A DNA stretch of 58,620 nt, filler included, from Barthelona sp. PAP020 (taxonomy: Eukaryota): assembly GCA_040182905.1 (NCBI GenBank). It is 5 parts of 5 records of this genome, joined end to end, with 100 filler letters (N's around TTAATTAATTAA, not from the genome) between each part and the next. Parts side by side here need not be neighbours in the genome. Positions count along the whole stretch, not along the records: positions 1 to 11,683 come from JARQWU010000364.1; positions 11,784 to 23,450 come from JARQWU010000365.1; 3 more parts are not named here. The stretch is one strand, 5' to 3'. The translations under genes were made by a program, and so were the position numbers. The notes under the pieces are model-generated. The model had not been told where the DNA came from. It saw only the letters and a program-made list of their open reading frames with translations, and searched no databases. Positions 1-13,867 of this stretch are shown here, piece after piece. Positions within the stretch are counted from its first letter, which is position 1. Every line of letters starts with the position of its first letter.

Positions 1-2
1 GG

Positions 3-3000
3 TATTCATGTGCTGGTACTGAAAATACCAGTCCAACTGAATGTGGAACAGGAAAGTATTCTATTGCAGGATCATCAAGTTGTAGTGACTGTCCTGCTGG
101 ATCTTATTGTGCCTCTACCACTACTGAAATTCCAATCGAATGTCCTGAAGGCTACAGTTGTCCTCTGGGTTCTTCTTCTCCTTCAATTTGTGTTGCTGGA
201 TTTTATTCTTCTGCAGGTTCTACTTCTTGTTCTGGTTGTGCGGCAGGTACTTATTCAAGTTTATCTGGACAAGGTTCTTGTGACATTTGTCCATTAGGAC
301 ATTCATGTCCTGGAACTGAGAATTCAAGTCCAATTGAATGTACCACAGGAATGTATGCTGATGAAGAAGGTATGATTGCATGTGTTAATTGCCCAGTTGG
401 CTTTTATTGCCCTTCAAAAAAATATTTGCCAATTCCTTGTCCTGCAGGATCGTTTCAAGATACTCTAAATCAAGAGTATTGTCAAGCTTGTCCAGCAGGT
501 TCCTTTTGTTCTAGTGGTTCTATCACAGCTATTGAGTGTGCTGAAGGCTATTATTCATTTGTAAATGCATCAGTTTGCTACCCTTGTCCATCAGGTACAA
601 AATGTTCTGGAACTGGAAATACCTCTCCTACGATTTGTTCTGATAATACTTATAATATTGAAGTAGCTCAAGCAGATTGTACTGATTGTCCTGTGGGAAA
701 ATACTGTCCAAATCCTGCAGGTCCTCCACAAGCATGTCCAGATGGTATGGCATGTGGTGGATCAATTGGAACTGTTACTTGTGTGGCTGGTACTAGAATC
801 AATGATGATTCTTCAGGCTGTGTTGCATGTGAAGATGGATACTACACCACTGAATCCAATCAATTTGCTTGTTTTGAATGCCCTGCAGGATTTGAATGTC
901 CTGATAAAACTTCAGCACCTGTTGCTTGTTCTCAAGGATCATGGTCAACTGCTGGTTCAATATCTTGTTCAGTTTGTTCTGCTGGAACATACACAACCAC
1001 TGGTTTAAGCTGTCTTTCTTGTCTTGCTGGTTACTCTTGTGCAGATCCTACCCAAGATCCAGTTTCTTGCAGTGATGGTTATTATTCTGAAGCTGGAGCT
1101 ATTTCATGCACTAAATGTGCAGCTGGAACATATTGTGTGAATCAAGCAGTTGCTGAAATTTCCTGTAACACCGGTTTTTATTCGGTTTCAGGTTCTTCTC
1201 GTTGTAATGCTTGTGAAAAAGGATATAAATGTCCTATTGCTTCTGATGCACCAATAGCTTGTCCAAAAGGTGAATACCAAAGTTTGATTGGTCAAACTAC
1301 ATGCAATGCTTGTGATATTGGTGAGTATGCAGATTCTATTGGCAGTGAAACATGTTCATCTTGTCCAGAAGGATATTCGTGTGATGATGTTACAAAAAGT
1401 CCCAATATTTGTGCAGCTGGTTCCTTTTCAAAAGCTATGGCAACAACTTGTACTGATTGCGATGCTGGTTATTATCAAAGTCAAACAGGTCAAGCATCTT
1501 GTATTATGTGTCCTGCCGGTTCTTCTTGTTCTAATCCTGCAGCGGATCCCGTGGTATGCGCCAGTGGAAGCTATTCAGCTGCCGGTGCTACTTCATGTAC
1601 AGATTGTGTTGCAGGTCAAGCTTGTCCCTCCAATTCCGTCAGTCCTTTTGTTTGCAGCCCAGGTACATATTCATCTGATAATGCAGGATCATGTATTGAA
1701 TGTCCTGCTGGATATTCTTGTGCTGATCCTTCAGTATCTCCTGTTCATTGTGATGCAGGTACATATTCGTTGGGTGGCCAAGCTTCTTGTATTGATTGTC
1801 CAGAAGGATCTTCTTGTTTAAGCAGAAATGCTGCACCTGTTCCTTGTTCGGCGGGGTGGTATTCTCTATTGGGTGAGTCTTTATGTACTTCATGTCCAGC
1901 AGGGTCATATTGTCCTAGTACAACTGTGGCACCAATTCAATGTCCAAATGGTACTTATTCTGGTAGTAAGTCCACCCAGTGTACAGAATGTTCTTCAGGT
2001 TATTATCAATCTTCGGTTGGTAAGACCAGCTGTATATCATGTCCTTTGGGTTATTCATGTATTGACCGTTCAAATGAGCCTGAATTATGTGATGCAGGAA
2101 CATATTCAATTTTAGGAGCTGAAAGATGTCTAAATTGCACAAAAGGATACTATTCAATTGCAGGTTCTGGTTCTTGTACCAAATGTCCTGCTGGTAGTAT
2201 GTGTCCTACTACTTATGATAGCCCCATCACATGTGATCCTGGTTTTTATTCACTTGGAGGTCAAGTGAATTGTACTGAATGTCCTGCTGGTTATCGTTGC
2301 TTGAATTCAGCAGCATCTCCCGTCAAATGTTCTTCTGGAACTTATTCTGAAAGTGGTGCAACAACTTGTTTGGTATGTACAGATGGTTGGGTATGTTCGG
2401 GTGGATCTACAAGTCCAACCCCTGTTGGAACTGAATGTCCTGCTGGTCATTATTGTGACCCTCCTTCTGTTGCAACTCCTTGTCCTGTTGGTACTTATAA
2501 TCCATTCACTGGAGGTAATTCAATTGCTGCTTGTGTTGTTTGTCCTGCTGGACATTTCTGTCCTTTGGGTACTGCCACAGTTGACACCGCAACATTGTGT
2601 CCCACCGGTGCATTTTGTCCTGAAGGAACATCAGAACCTGTTTATTGTTCTCCTTACAATGGAAAAGGCTATTTTCAACCTGAAGTTGGTATGAACAATC
2701 GTTCTTCGTGTCAATTTTGTACAGAAGGTCGTTGGTGTTATGTAGGAGCATCTACTGATGCTTCTATCTGTCCTGCTGGATACTTTTGTCCTGGTGGCAC
2801 TTATTATTATACACAGCACCCTTGTCCTGCCGGATATTATCAACCTTTAACTTCTCAAACTTCACAAGCAGCTTGTATAATTTGTCCTATTGGTCACTAT
2901 TGTCCTCAAGCATCAACTACTTTTACTGAATGTCCTGAAGGAACATTTATGGATGAAGAGGGTGCTGGAAGTGTTACTCAGTGTAAGCCTTGTAAACCAG

Positions 3001-6000
3001 GTTTTGCATGTCCATCTGCAGGATTGACTGAATCAACAGTTCTATGTTCAGAAGGTTATTATTGTCCTTTAGGAACTGAAAACCCAACTGATTATCCATG
3101 TCCTGCAGGTTACTATACCGGGTCAACTAGTTTATCTTCTTCTGGACAATGTACACCTTGTCCACCAAGCTTTGCATGTCCAGAAGGTACTGGTTTAAAT
3201 ATTAATGTGATGGTATCATGTGCTGCTGGTCATTATTGTCCCGAAGCAACTCGTGCTGCAGATCAATTTAGTTGTCCACCAGGCACATACTCACCTAACA
3301 CAGATAACTGGCATGTTGATAATTGTACTGTATGTCCACCAGGTAACTATTGTGTTGGTGGTCAAGCGTCAATTGATGGTGTTTGTGCTGCTGGCTATTT
3401 TTGTCCATCTCAGAGTGTAAATCCTGATGATTATCCCTGTCCTGCAGGTTATTATTCAGGGTCCACTGGGTTAACTGCGAAATCAGAATGTTTGGAATGT
3501 CCGACCGGAAATTATTGTCCAACTGCATCTACTGAACCCATCAAATGTCCAGCAGGAACTTATGCAAATCAGACTAACTTTCAAAGTAGTGGTCCTGGCG
3601 TTTTTCCTCAATGCATAACATGTCCAGCAGGGTTCTATTGTCCTGAAGAGACAATTGACCCTATTGTATGTAGTTATGGTAATTATTCAGCGGCTGGTGC
3701 TTCAGAATGTACCAAATGTCCAGTTGGTAGGTATTGTCCTGATGAAACAACAACACTTGCTTCTGTAACGTCTTTGTATATTTGTCCTGCAGGTTTATTT
3801 TGTCCTTCAGGATTAAACATTACCCCTTCTTTTGCTTTGCATTCTTGTCCAGCAGGAAAATATTGCGTTCAAGGCACAACAGCCCCTCAAAATTGTTCTG
3901 TGGGAAGATATACCACCGTTACTGGTCGAATTTCAAATAGTGATTGTGATGTTTGTCCAGGAGGTTATTACTGTTTAGAAGGTAGTATTACACCTACTGG
4001 TGAATGTTTGGAAGGTTATTACTGCCCTGAAGGTTCTACTGGACCTAATCAAAAGCCATGTCCAGCAGGAACATATCGAAATGAAACAAAAGGTGAGTCA
4101 TTAGCTTCTTGTTCTCTTTGTCCGTTTGGTCATTATTGTTATACTGGTACAGATGAACCAATTGAATGTCCTGCTGGTTATTACTGTCCAACAGGGTCAT
4201 CTGTTCCTGAACCATGTCCTTTGGGTACTTATGGTGATCAGGTTGGAATTGGTGCAGTTGAAGAATGTGTGGCATGTCCTGGAGGTTACTTTTGTGATGG
4301 AACTGGTAGAACAAGTGCTACGGGATATTGTGATCCTGGCTATTATTGTTCTTCTCGAGCTATTACTTCTGCTCCTCCTGATGATAACACAGGTGGCGTT
4401 TGTCCGCCTGGTGGTTATTGTCCTTTGGGTTCTGCATCTTCAACCTCTTGTCCTCCCGGAACTTACAATAATGTATCTGGAGCCACTAGTGAAGACGATT
4501 GTTTTGCTTGTGATCCTGGTTTTTATTGTTCAGGTACTAAGAATCCGGAACCTACTGGTCCATGTGATGCTGGATATTTTTGCAATGGAAGCAGTTCAAC
4601 CCCCAGACAATATTCTGCTCGTGAAGGTTATTATACCACATCTGGAGAAAGTCAGGAAATAAAATGTCCAATTGGTACTGCTAATCCTCTTACTGGACAA
4701 GCCAGTTGTGCTCCCTGTCCAGAGGGTTATTATTGTGACGAAATCGGACTTACAAGTGGAACAATTTGTCCAGCTGGTCATTTTTGTCCAACTGGGTCTT
4801 CTTATCCAGAGAAATGTTCTTCTGGTTATTGGAGTTCAAGCACTGGTTTGAAACGATCTGTGGATTGTACAGGATGTTCACCTGGTAAGTACTGTCCTTT
4901 GTTTGGAATGACCGTTGATGGTGAAGATTGCCATTCAGGATTTTTCTGTGTTGCGAATATGAGTGATCCAACACCTGATTTATCAGATTTAGGTGGACCT
5001 TGTCCTACAGGCCATTATTGTGGTAATGGTACAAGCACACCTCAAGCATGTCCAGTTGGAACATACAACCCATCAAAAAGAGGAGAAAAACTGGAAGATT
5101 GTTTGCCTTGTGGACCCGGTTATTATTGTGGTTCTACTGGTCTTTCTGCGGCTTCTGGTGAATGTGATGGAGGTTACTATTGTAAAGCTTCATCATCTTC
5201 TTCCACACCAGATGGTTCAGATACTGATATTGGTGGACCTTGTCCTGCTGGATATTTTTGTCCACAAGGAACTCATACACCAATTCCTTGTGACCCTGGT
5301 ACATTTACTATTGTTGAAGCACAAAGTGTTTGCACTCTTTGTACCAGTGGATATTATTGCCCCATCACTAACGATGAAACCATTCCTATGAATCCATGTC
5401 CTGCGGGTTATAAATGTCCTGCCGGTTCATTTGCTCCTGTTGCCTGTCCTGCTGGTTATTATCAATCTTTAACTCTTCAAACTTCTTGTAACATTTGTCC
5501 AAGTGGATATTTCTGCGAACAGAATTCCACAGTTCCTATTGTGTGTCCTGTTGGACATTTTTGCCCAGAAGGCACAGAAACACCTCAACCATGTCCTGAA
5601 GGTACTTACGCAACTGAAACTCAACTTTCACAAGAATCTCAATGTATTTCATGTCCAGCAGGTAAATTCTGTATTGGTGGTTCCATTGCGGATAATTGTA
5701 CTGCTGGATACATTTGTTATGGTAGTTCAAACACTTCAACTCCAAGTGGTTTGTATTCGTTTGGTGAACCATGTCCTGCTGGTTCATATTGTCCAGAAGG
5801 AATTGAGCAACCAATAGCATGCGACATGTTGAAATGGTCAGTTCTTGGAGCATCACAAATTGAAGACTGTGAGTGGTGTGATGCAGGGTTAGTTTGTGAA
5901 CAATCAACCACACCCTATTTATGTCCAGTTGGCCATTATTGTCCAAATGCGTCTTTACCTATTGAATGCCCCATTGGAACATTTAATCCTAATGTTGGTG

Positions 6001-9000
6001 CTGATTCATTGTTAAATTGTACCAATTGCCCAGCTGGTTATTTATGTAATAGCACTGGTCTTTTTGCTTACGAATCATTAAAATGTCCTATTGGATATTA
6101 CTGTGAGTCTGCAGCGTCAAAAGCAATGGCTTGTCCATCGGGTACCTATCGTTCTTCTACTGTAGGTCGAAATGTCTCAGAATGTTATCCTTGTCCTGCT
6201 GGATATTACTGTCCCAATAATGCTACAACTTCACCTACTATTTGTCCTGATGGGCATTATTGTCTTCAAAGTTCAACTTCTCCCACTTTATGTCCTGCTG
6301 GCACTCTTCATTTGAATGCTTCACTTCGGGATTCTTTGGAAAATGCATGTGAACCATGTCCAGCTACACAAGCTTGTGATGTAGATGATAGAATGACTTC
6401 ATATACATGTGATGAAGGTTACATCTGTGTTGAAGGAGCCATTAATTCACATCCTGCTAATATATCTCAAGGTGGTTATCCTTGTCCCGTTGGATATTAT
6501 TGTCCACTTGCAGCCTCAGCACCTGAAGCTTGTCCTGCTGGTACATATAATAGATATACTGCACAATCTTCGAATGTTTCATGCGTTTTATGTCCAGTTA
6601 ATACTTATTCAGAAGAATTGGGCACATCTACATGTAATCCTTGTGGTCCATCTGCTGTTTCAAGTGCTGGGTCAACAACCTGTACTTGTATTGGTCGAAA
6701 TAGAATTTTCCAATTGTCAGATGGTTCATGTATTTGTCAACCAAGCTATGTGTATTATGATTCAAGTGGTTCTATGCAATCAGATACTGACAGTGATTAT
6801 GATTGTCAACCAATTGTGTATGATCGTTGTGAAGAAAATCAGATACGTTCCATAAATGGAGAATGTCTATATCCCACTGATCTTTCACTTTGTCAATCTG
6901 AATGTTCTTCTGGAGTTGGCTCTTATGATTCATCTGTTGGAATGTGCATTTGTAATAATACACTTGACGAAGATATTGTCTGTGATGCAGCTTGTCGATT
7001 GAAGCAAATGACATTGAAAATTGAACCTTTTGTTTTAGCAAATTCAACAACAACTTTTTATTTGACTGCAGTGAAAGAAAGCACAGTTATTTCTCGTGTT
7101 TCTCTTGGTAGTCTTAATAAAATGCAAGGAGAGATGAAGTGCACTCCAATATTGCCAGCCACAACTTGTACTATTGTACCATTGAAATTGAACAGCACTT
7201 TTAAAGGGGTGTATAATCCAAATTCAAATTATTTTAACAGTTTAATCAGTGAATTGAATTTGCCATCTTCAAATTCTGATGAAGATGCTAGTTGGTTAAT
7301 AGAGCCTCTTGTTTGTCTACAATTAGGAGAAACTGTGATGTTTGACATTTCATCTGGTGATTATCCAATATATGAAAAGGATAATTTAGCAAATACTGAT
7401 GAAGAGTTTGATTACGGTGCATTCCGTGATTTGGCAGCACGTATTAAAGCAAATTTGACAGTTTCTACTTTCCTTTTTACTTTCACCACATCTGGTGTGC
7501 ATGTTTTTACTTCAAATCTTGATCCATACAAAAGAGTTATTATTTCTGTCATGCCTGCTAATACTGTTTGTCCTACAAGGGCTCAAATTGTTCCCCAAAC
7601 CTCATCTAATTTAGTTGCACTAGCTGTACGTCGTACAGATTCCTTGTTGTTAACACCAGATTATATGTTGATTGCTATGCTATTAGGCGGATTATTCTTA
7701 ACAACTTGTGTTGTTATTTTTGGAATCTATTGTTTCCAACGTAGACAATGGGTTGGTTCCAAAGGAACTGCTCCAGCTTATCGACAAGTGGGTCAACACC
7801 ATGATTTTGCTCAATACTCCAAAGAATTTAGACTTGCTTTAGGTGAATTAGGTAAATTATTTGGTGATGAATATAAAGATGATGATTGGTTGGTCGATTT
7901 AGAAGGATTCAATGTACATACGCTATTTGAGCATTTAAATAGAATGAATGAACGATTTGATTCAAAATTGAAAGATAACAACGAGAATTTGAAAGAGTTT
8001 TATCTCAATATTCAACAACAACAAGATAACATCCGCAATTTAGTTTCTTCAAGAATGGATGCTTTGCCGGGTAAGTTCACAAGTTCCATGATTCGTGAAA
8101 TTATACAAGAAACAAAACGTTTAATTAGAGAAGCAAGGGAAGAGAAGAAAAGAAGAGTTAGAGTGTTAAAAGAACAAGGTCAAGTTGTTGATCAATGGAT
8201 TCGAGATAATTATGTTCGTGTCAAGGAACGTTCAGAATTTGATAGAAATTTTGCAAATACCATCAAATTGATTGATAATGCTTTACCTGAAGTACGTAGG
8301 TTATTAGACTTGTTGTTGCAACACCCAAAAGATGCTTCTTTAATTTCTCAATTGGAAACTGTTGTTGGTCGTGTGAGAAGTGATCAAATTCATTGTGCTA
8401 ATTCTTTGAATCAATTTACAGATCAATTGGATGAGTTATATGTATCACCAGGTTGTAAATTGATCAACCCTTCCACTAATGGAATCTTAACAATTGACGA
8501 TCTTGTTGACAAAGAAGGAAAATTGTTAGTTATTCCTGGTGTAACCAGAGTTGATTGTACCACCAAATTAATTGTTCCTATACCTGGAGTTAGAATCCAA
8601 AGACCTTCAGGTGACATAATTGAATGTCCTTCTGAGATGGTAATTAACCCAAGAGATGGTTTGGTTTATGCCATGGAATCTTTGCTCATGATCAATCCAA
8701 GAACCGGCAAAATTGTTTTTGTTACTGATTTTTCGATTCCTATTGATACTCAATTAATACCATACATACCTTATCCAACACATCCTCTAAAGAATGGTCC
8801 AGTTGCTGAGATGAAAATCCCCATTGAATCGTTAAGATCGTATAGTCATGGGGATATGATGACGGACCCTGTTTCAGGACAACGTGTGCCAATTCTTGGT
8901 GCCACAATAACACCAAACGGATTAACTGTACCTATTGGTGGTGTACATCAGGATCCTATTACTGGATTAGATATTCCTATTGTTTTGAATGGATTAATGA

Positions 9001-11683
9001 ATTCAAAGAATGATGAAGTTGTTTCAATTAGTGGTGTTTCTATCAGTGCACCCAGTGGTAAAATTGTTCCTGTTGGAGGAAAGGCCTATGAAATCAATTG
9101 GAGACGTGAAGAATCTATCCTTATTGGTCTAGCGTATCAAGACCATTTAGCGAATGTGAATATTTTTGCTAACGGTTCAAGATACAATCGAGATATGAAT
9201 AAAGCTGTTGTGTTTGGTGGCGGTATGAATATGAGATTACACTTGTATAAATGTCAGCAATTGAATGAATTTAATGAGAATTTGTTGGGATACACCAATG
9301 AGATTGGTCAAATGATAAGTGAATTGAAGTTAATGGGCGATGAATCAGATTCTCAACGTATTCAAGAATTACGTGAAAAATTGAGCAGATTGAATAGATC
9401 AGCTAATGACACGCTTTCACATATTAATCAACAATTTATTAAATCCATACATCAAGAGGAAAGAATAGATGCCAATATTCGAATGAGACAACAGGAGCGA
9501 AACGAAAAAATTTTACATGACATTGAGACAGGCACAGAAATCACTACCATTCATGACCCTTTATCTAATGAAAACTTACCAATTATGTTGGGTATTAACT
9601 TGGTTGATTTGAACAGTGGTCAAGCCTCATTGATTGTTGGTGTTGAAAAAAGAGATAATGGTGATATTTTGCCAATTTTTGACCGAAAAGGAAAATGTGT
9701 TAGACACACGTTTGATATCGACTTGTTGCAAGAAGCTATGAATTCAAGAAATGGTTTATTGAATGAAGTTATTCAACGAGGCAGGTTTACTGAAGAAAGC
9801 CTTGCCATTGAAGAGAACTTTGAGAATTACATGAATCAGTTAGGTAACTTTTTGGATGAAATTTTGAACGAAGAGGACTTTATCAAGATTGACGAAACTA
9901 TTGAAAAATTGAAAGTATTGAAACAGGTTTTCAAACGTGAAGTTGATAGGTATGGGTTGAACCAAACTACTGAACATAAGAGAATGCGAAAGACTAAGTT
10001 GAAAAATTCCATTACAAATGATTCCGTTTTAAGATTATTAGAAAGTGATTTGAAAGACTTTTACACATTTGATGAAAGTGTTTTGAACAGCATGAAGCAA
10101 TTGGAAGAGCTCTTTGAGTGTTTCACTAGTGAATTGTCCAATCATCAAAACTCGAGAGACAAAGACACTGAAATTTTTGAAAGAGATGGCAATTTGAACG
10201 CTATCTATGCAAGATTTGAAGATTATGTTTCAGCATTACACAGTTATATTGATGAATTCCAAGAAGATTTCAGAAATAATTTTAATATGTACAAAGATGA
10301 TCTGGCACAGTTGTTAGCAACTCGTGAGATATTAGATGCTAATCAGCAATATGCTCAAGAATTAGTTAATCGTTTAATTGAAAAGAATCAACCTACTACA
10401 TCATTGATAGACCATAAGAATTTACCCTTTAATACTTTACCTGTAATTGGACAGATTTTGGATCGAAAGGATGAATTAGCAGAATTGACGGAATTGGTTA
10501 GACAATTGTTGAATCAGGGAAAAGATTCAGCAAGTTATTTGCCTCCTGTTGATGTGAATGCACAAGTTACTGGTACTGGTCAACAGTCAAAAGTTACTGT
10601 TGTGGCTGATAATTCTGTTGGCATAGCGGTACCATTCAAACCTACTGAATTTGGAATGGATGATGTTTTTGAAACGTTAGCCGTTGTTACTGAACGACAT
10701 GGTAGAGAAGTAGAGAAATTGGAGATTTTGATACAAGAAACTCTAAATCAAGCATATGAAAAAGTGAACCATCTTTATTCTGAGCAATTGGAAGGTATTA
10801 CCGAAGAAATGGAAGTATGCAGAAAGAATGGACAAGTGGCACAAATTAAAGTTTTAGAGAATAAGAAGATATCTTTTGAAAGCAGAAAAGAAGAGGATAA
10901 GATTGGTGTAAGAGAGAGAGTTGAACAATGGGCTAAAGCTAAGAGATCGGAATTAGAAAATCAACAGAAATTGGAACGTTCATTGGCAAAGTATCGAGAG
11001 GATTTCACGGAGCAACGCAACAGTTTAGCAAATAAACAAATTGTTGCTGCTGAAAAATTATTCAATGATTATGAAATGAACAGAAACAATCTATTGAAAG
11101 AAGAGAAAAATTCAATTGAAAAACATTTCGAAAACATTTCCAAACGTTTGATTGCTGAATTTGAAAAAAATAAAACTTCCAAAAAACATAATAATAATGA
11201 AATTATTGCTTTACAGACACAATTAGATTCTGATTTATCATTATTAAATCAGCAATGTATTGAAAGTATTGAAAATTCCAGTAAAATGATCCTAAATCGA
11301 TTGACAATTGATTATCAAAAGGATAAACAAAGTATGATGGAAGAACAAATTAAACAACGTCAACAAATGATGGAACTACAGTCTCAACAGATCATGCAAT
11401 TGCAAAGTCGTTTATTAAGTGAACGAAATCATGAATTTGATGAGGAATATTCTTTAAAATTCAATAACCTATTTATCAATTTTAATGAATTGTTGAATGG
11501 AATTAATTATCAGACAAACACTGAACAACGAAATGAATTGAAAGAGATTAGTGAAGAAATAGGTATCATAAAGAAAAACACAACGAAAGAATTGGAAAGA
11601 GAAGAGTTGTTATTGAGAGAAAGATACAATAAATTGATGGAACAAGCAAATCCAAATGATTTACCTGAATTAATCAATGAATT
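3..11683 (+). CDS. Giant (>3890 aa, truncated at both ends) single-pass membrane protein: long Cys-rich GCC2/GCC3 (ephrin-receptor-like, CPxGxYC) repeat ectodomain, one TM helix, cytoplasmic DPxxG repeats and coiled coil
   Basis: The frame of ORF 351..11735 stays open back to position 3 (YSCAGTENTSPTECGTGKYS...). It has dozens of CPAGYYCP repeats up to about 6700, a hydrophobic helix YMLIAMLLGGLFLTTCVVIFGIYCF at about 7662-7737, and an E/K/Q-rich coiled-coil tail that runs into the N spacer without a stop. Confidence 0.9.
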
Positions 11684-11783
11684 NNNNNNNNNNNNNNNNN
11701 NNNNNNNNNNNNNNNNNNNNNNNNNNNTTAATTAATTAANNNNNNNNNNNNNNNNNNNNNNNNNNNNNNNNNNNNNNNNNNNN
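11684..11783. other. Artificial contig-joining spacer (N44-TTAATTAATTAA-N44)
   Basis: 100-bp N linker with a six-frame stop cassette; the flanking genes are truncated on both sides. Confidence 0.98.
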
Positions 11784-11897
11784 GCTAACTGCCGTATTCG
11801 TCGTATCTATTTTGCCGATGAACTTTATGATGAAACTAATCTTCCAAAAGATTACCGTTTATTTGTACCAACTCCTGGCGTTCATAATGACGAATAA
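11784..11897 (+). CDS. CFAP20: 3' end of CFAP20/BUG22 (cilia- and flagella-associated protein 20), partial
   Basis: Translates to ANCRIRRIYFADELYDETNLPKDYRLFVPT...*, matching the conserved CFAP20 C-terminus HANCRIRRxYFxDxLYxxxxLPxxFxL. Not in the ORF track. Confidence 0.9.
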   Translation, partial: ANCRIRRIYFADELYDETNLPKDYRLFVPTPGVHNDE

Positions 11898-12124
11898 TAA
11901 TAAAAATATAGTTAACATATTTACGTGTAATAAAATAAAAGCTTTTTTTTCATTTGGCTGTTGGATTGAATATTAAAAAAAAGAAAAATCAAAAGAACTT
12001 TTTTTTCAATGCATTTTAAAATAATAGAATGCAGTGATTAAAAAATTGAAATAGAGTCAATGTTTTAAGACAGGTTTAAAATAAATAATAAATTCATTTT
12101 TTCAATTATCAAATAAAATCATGT

Positions 12125-13768
12125 TTAATTTAAAATTTTATCAATATTCAACCCATTAACTCTACAAAATTCAACAAAAGACGAACGATACTCTGAAAAA
12201 ACATTATTATCCTCTGTTGAAGAATTTACATAATTTTTTGCCAGTTGATTGGATTTTAACAAATCAATTTCCAGAGTTGGACACCAATGAAAAACAATTG
12301 AAGCATTTGATTCTTCAACAATGTTTTGAAATATTTTAACCAAAAAGTCTTGATCAAATTGCTTTTCCAAGGTAGAAAATAATTCTTTTGACGAAGTTTT
12401 TATATGTACAATCGTGTTCCTTTTCGTTAGATCAAGATTATAAATTGTGATCAATAATCCCAACAAAAGACTAGAGACTTCATCCTCAAAAGGTGATATT
12501 CCACTAAGAGTGTTCATATCATTCTCACAATCCTTTACAACAATCCCGATACTGTAAAAGAACGAGTCATCAAAAAAAGGCATGACGCTAAGAGCAATAT
12601 CAATCGGTTTTATTAACTCATGAGTATCATATTTAAAAAATTGAAGTAGAATATAAGCATGCCCTTTTTGAACTCTGAATGGCAACTTTTTTGTTTCCAA
12701 TTCTCTACCTGAAAATATTTGAAGTTTTATTTCATCATCATTCTCATCATCTTCAATATTCACATTTTTGGTGATAAATTCCGTTTCTTCACTGTTTTTT
12801 TTCCAGGGTGAAAAAAAAGGAACATCAATAACTTCAAATTCAGGAGAACTATCAGATATATTAACATCCAAAAGTGTTTCTTCAGATATTTTAGGTGATC
12901 CCAATGAAGTAATCTTCGTTGCCTCTTCATTATTTAAACTATATGCTGTTGGAATTGGCACTTGATTCTCTGTTTTTTTGATTCTTTCCCTTTGTATAAA
13001 CGAAGGCTTTCGTATATTCTCCAATGTTTCGATAAATTTCATTTTATCAAAACATAAGGGCAAAGGCTCATTTGAAATATAGTCCTGTAATTTTTTAAGT
13101 GGCCCAATCAGTTCAGCCTCGCGAATTTTGCATTTATTTTGATCTACAAATGAATCATGAATCCTTACATTTTCATTCTTTATTTTTGTATTTGCCCATT
13201 CTTGCTCTTTGATAAAATCATTCAAATCATCCAAATCAGAAGAGCTATCATCATCAGAATACGAATTCAACAAGTCCACTACTTCTTCATTTTCCTGAGT
13301 AATCACAGGCATATTTTTTTTCTCAAATTTGATATCCTCTGAATTATTTTCATTACTCGATTTCAATTTTACCTTAAAATTATTATTATCAAGGGAATAA
13401 TCATCTGCTTCACTATCCGATGAAATAGCATCTCCACAAATTCTCGTTTCGATTGAGTTGAACATGACTGATGGGGATAGTTGATGAATTAAAGCATTTT
13501 TTTCCTTTAATTCTGTTAAATTAGCGTTATCTTTTGTCGTGTCTGTTTCAAAGTCAAATGAAGAATCAGAACTTGAAGTAAAATCAATGTCATCAATCCT
13601 CTTCTCTCGTAAAAAATCCTCAGCTTCCTCAAGGGTTTTAAATTTCTGAAATTTTGCCCCAGAAAAACCACTCACCTCTTTCTGTGCTTCATCCCAAGTG
13701 TTATAAATTCCAACATTATAACCAACAGCAACAGCATAATAGAATTGTTTTTTCTTCTTTTTGATCAT
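12125..13768 (-). CDS. RNase H1-like protein: N-terminal hybrid-binding (Cauli_VI) domain, long acidic linker, degenerate C-terminal RNase H fold
   Basis: FYYAVAVGYNVGIYNTWDEAQKEVSGFSGAKFQKFKTLEEAEDFL is a clear hybrid-binding domain. The C-terminal IVHIKTSSKELF and IVFHWCP...NQLAK segments resemble RNase H motifs with the acidic residues lost. First ATG is at 13768. Confidence 0.8.
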   Translation of the reverse strand: MIKKKKKQFYYAVAVGYNVGIYNTWDEAQKEVSGFSGAKFQKFKTLEEAEDFLREKRIDDIDFTSSSDSSFDFETDTTKDNANLTELKEKNALIHQLSPSVMFNSIETRICGDAISSDSEADDYSLDNNNFKVKLKSSNENNSEDIKFEKKNMPVITQENEEVVDLLNSYSDDDSSSDLDDLNDFIKEQEWANTKIKNENVRIHDSFVDQNKCKIREAELIGPLKKLQDYISNEPLPLCFDKMKFIETLENIRKPSFIQRERIKKTENQVPIPTAYSLNNEEATKITSLGSPKISEETLLDVNISDSSPEFEVIDVPFFSPWKKNSEETEFITKNVNIEDDENDDEIKLQIFSGRELETKKLPFRVQKGHAYILLQFFKYDTHELIKPIDIALSVMPFFDDSFFYSIGIVVKDCENDMNTLSGISPFEDEVSSLLLGLLITIYNLDLTKRNTIVHIKTSSKELFSTLEKQFDQDFLVKIFQNIVEESNASIVFHWCPTLEIDLLKSNQLAKNYVNSSTEDNNVFSEYRSSFVEFCRVNGLNIDKILN

Positions 13769-13867
13769 ATATGATTCATTAAAATATACATTAATAATCA
13801 AATAAATAACATAAAAAAAATTTCAACTCAATTTGTCAAGAATTTTTTTTTTGCCATTATTTTCATC

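Noticed and set aside
10..8617. Many 60-180 aa alternative-frame and antisense ORFs (V/L-rich or N/Q/D-rich) within the giant gene
   Set aside because: They are shadows of the repetitive TGT-CCT-GCT-GGT codon pattern, with no independent protein features.
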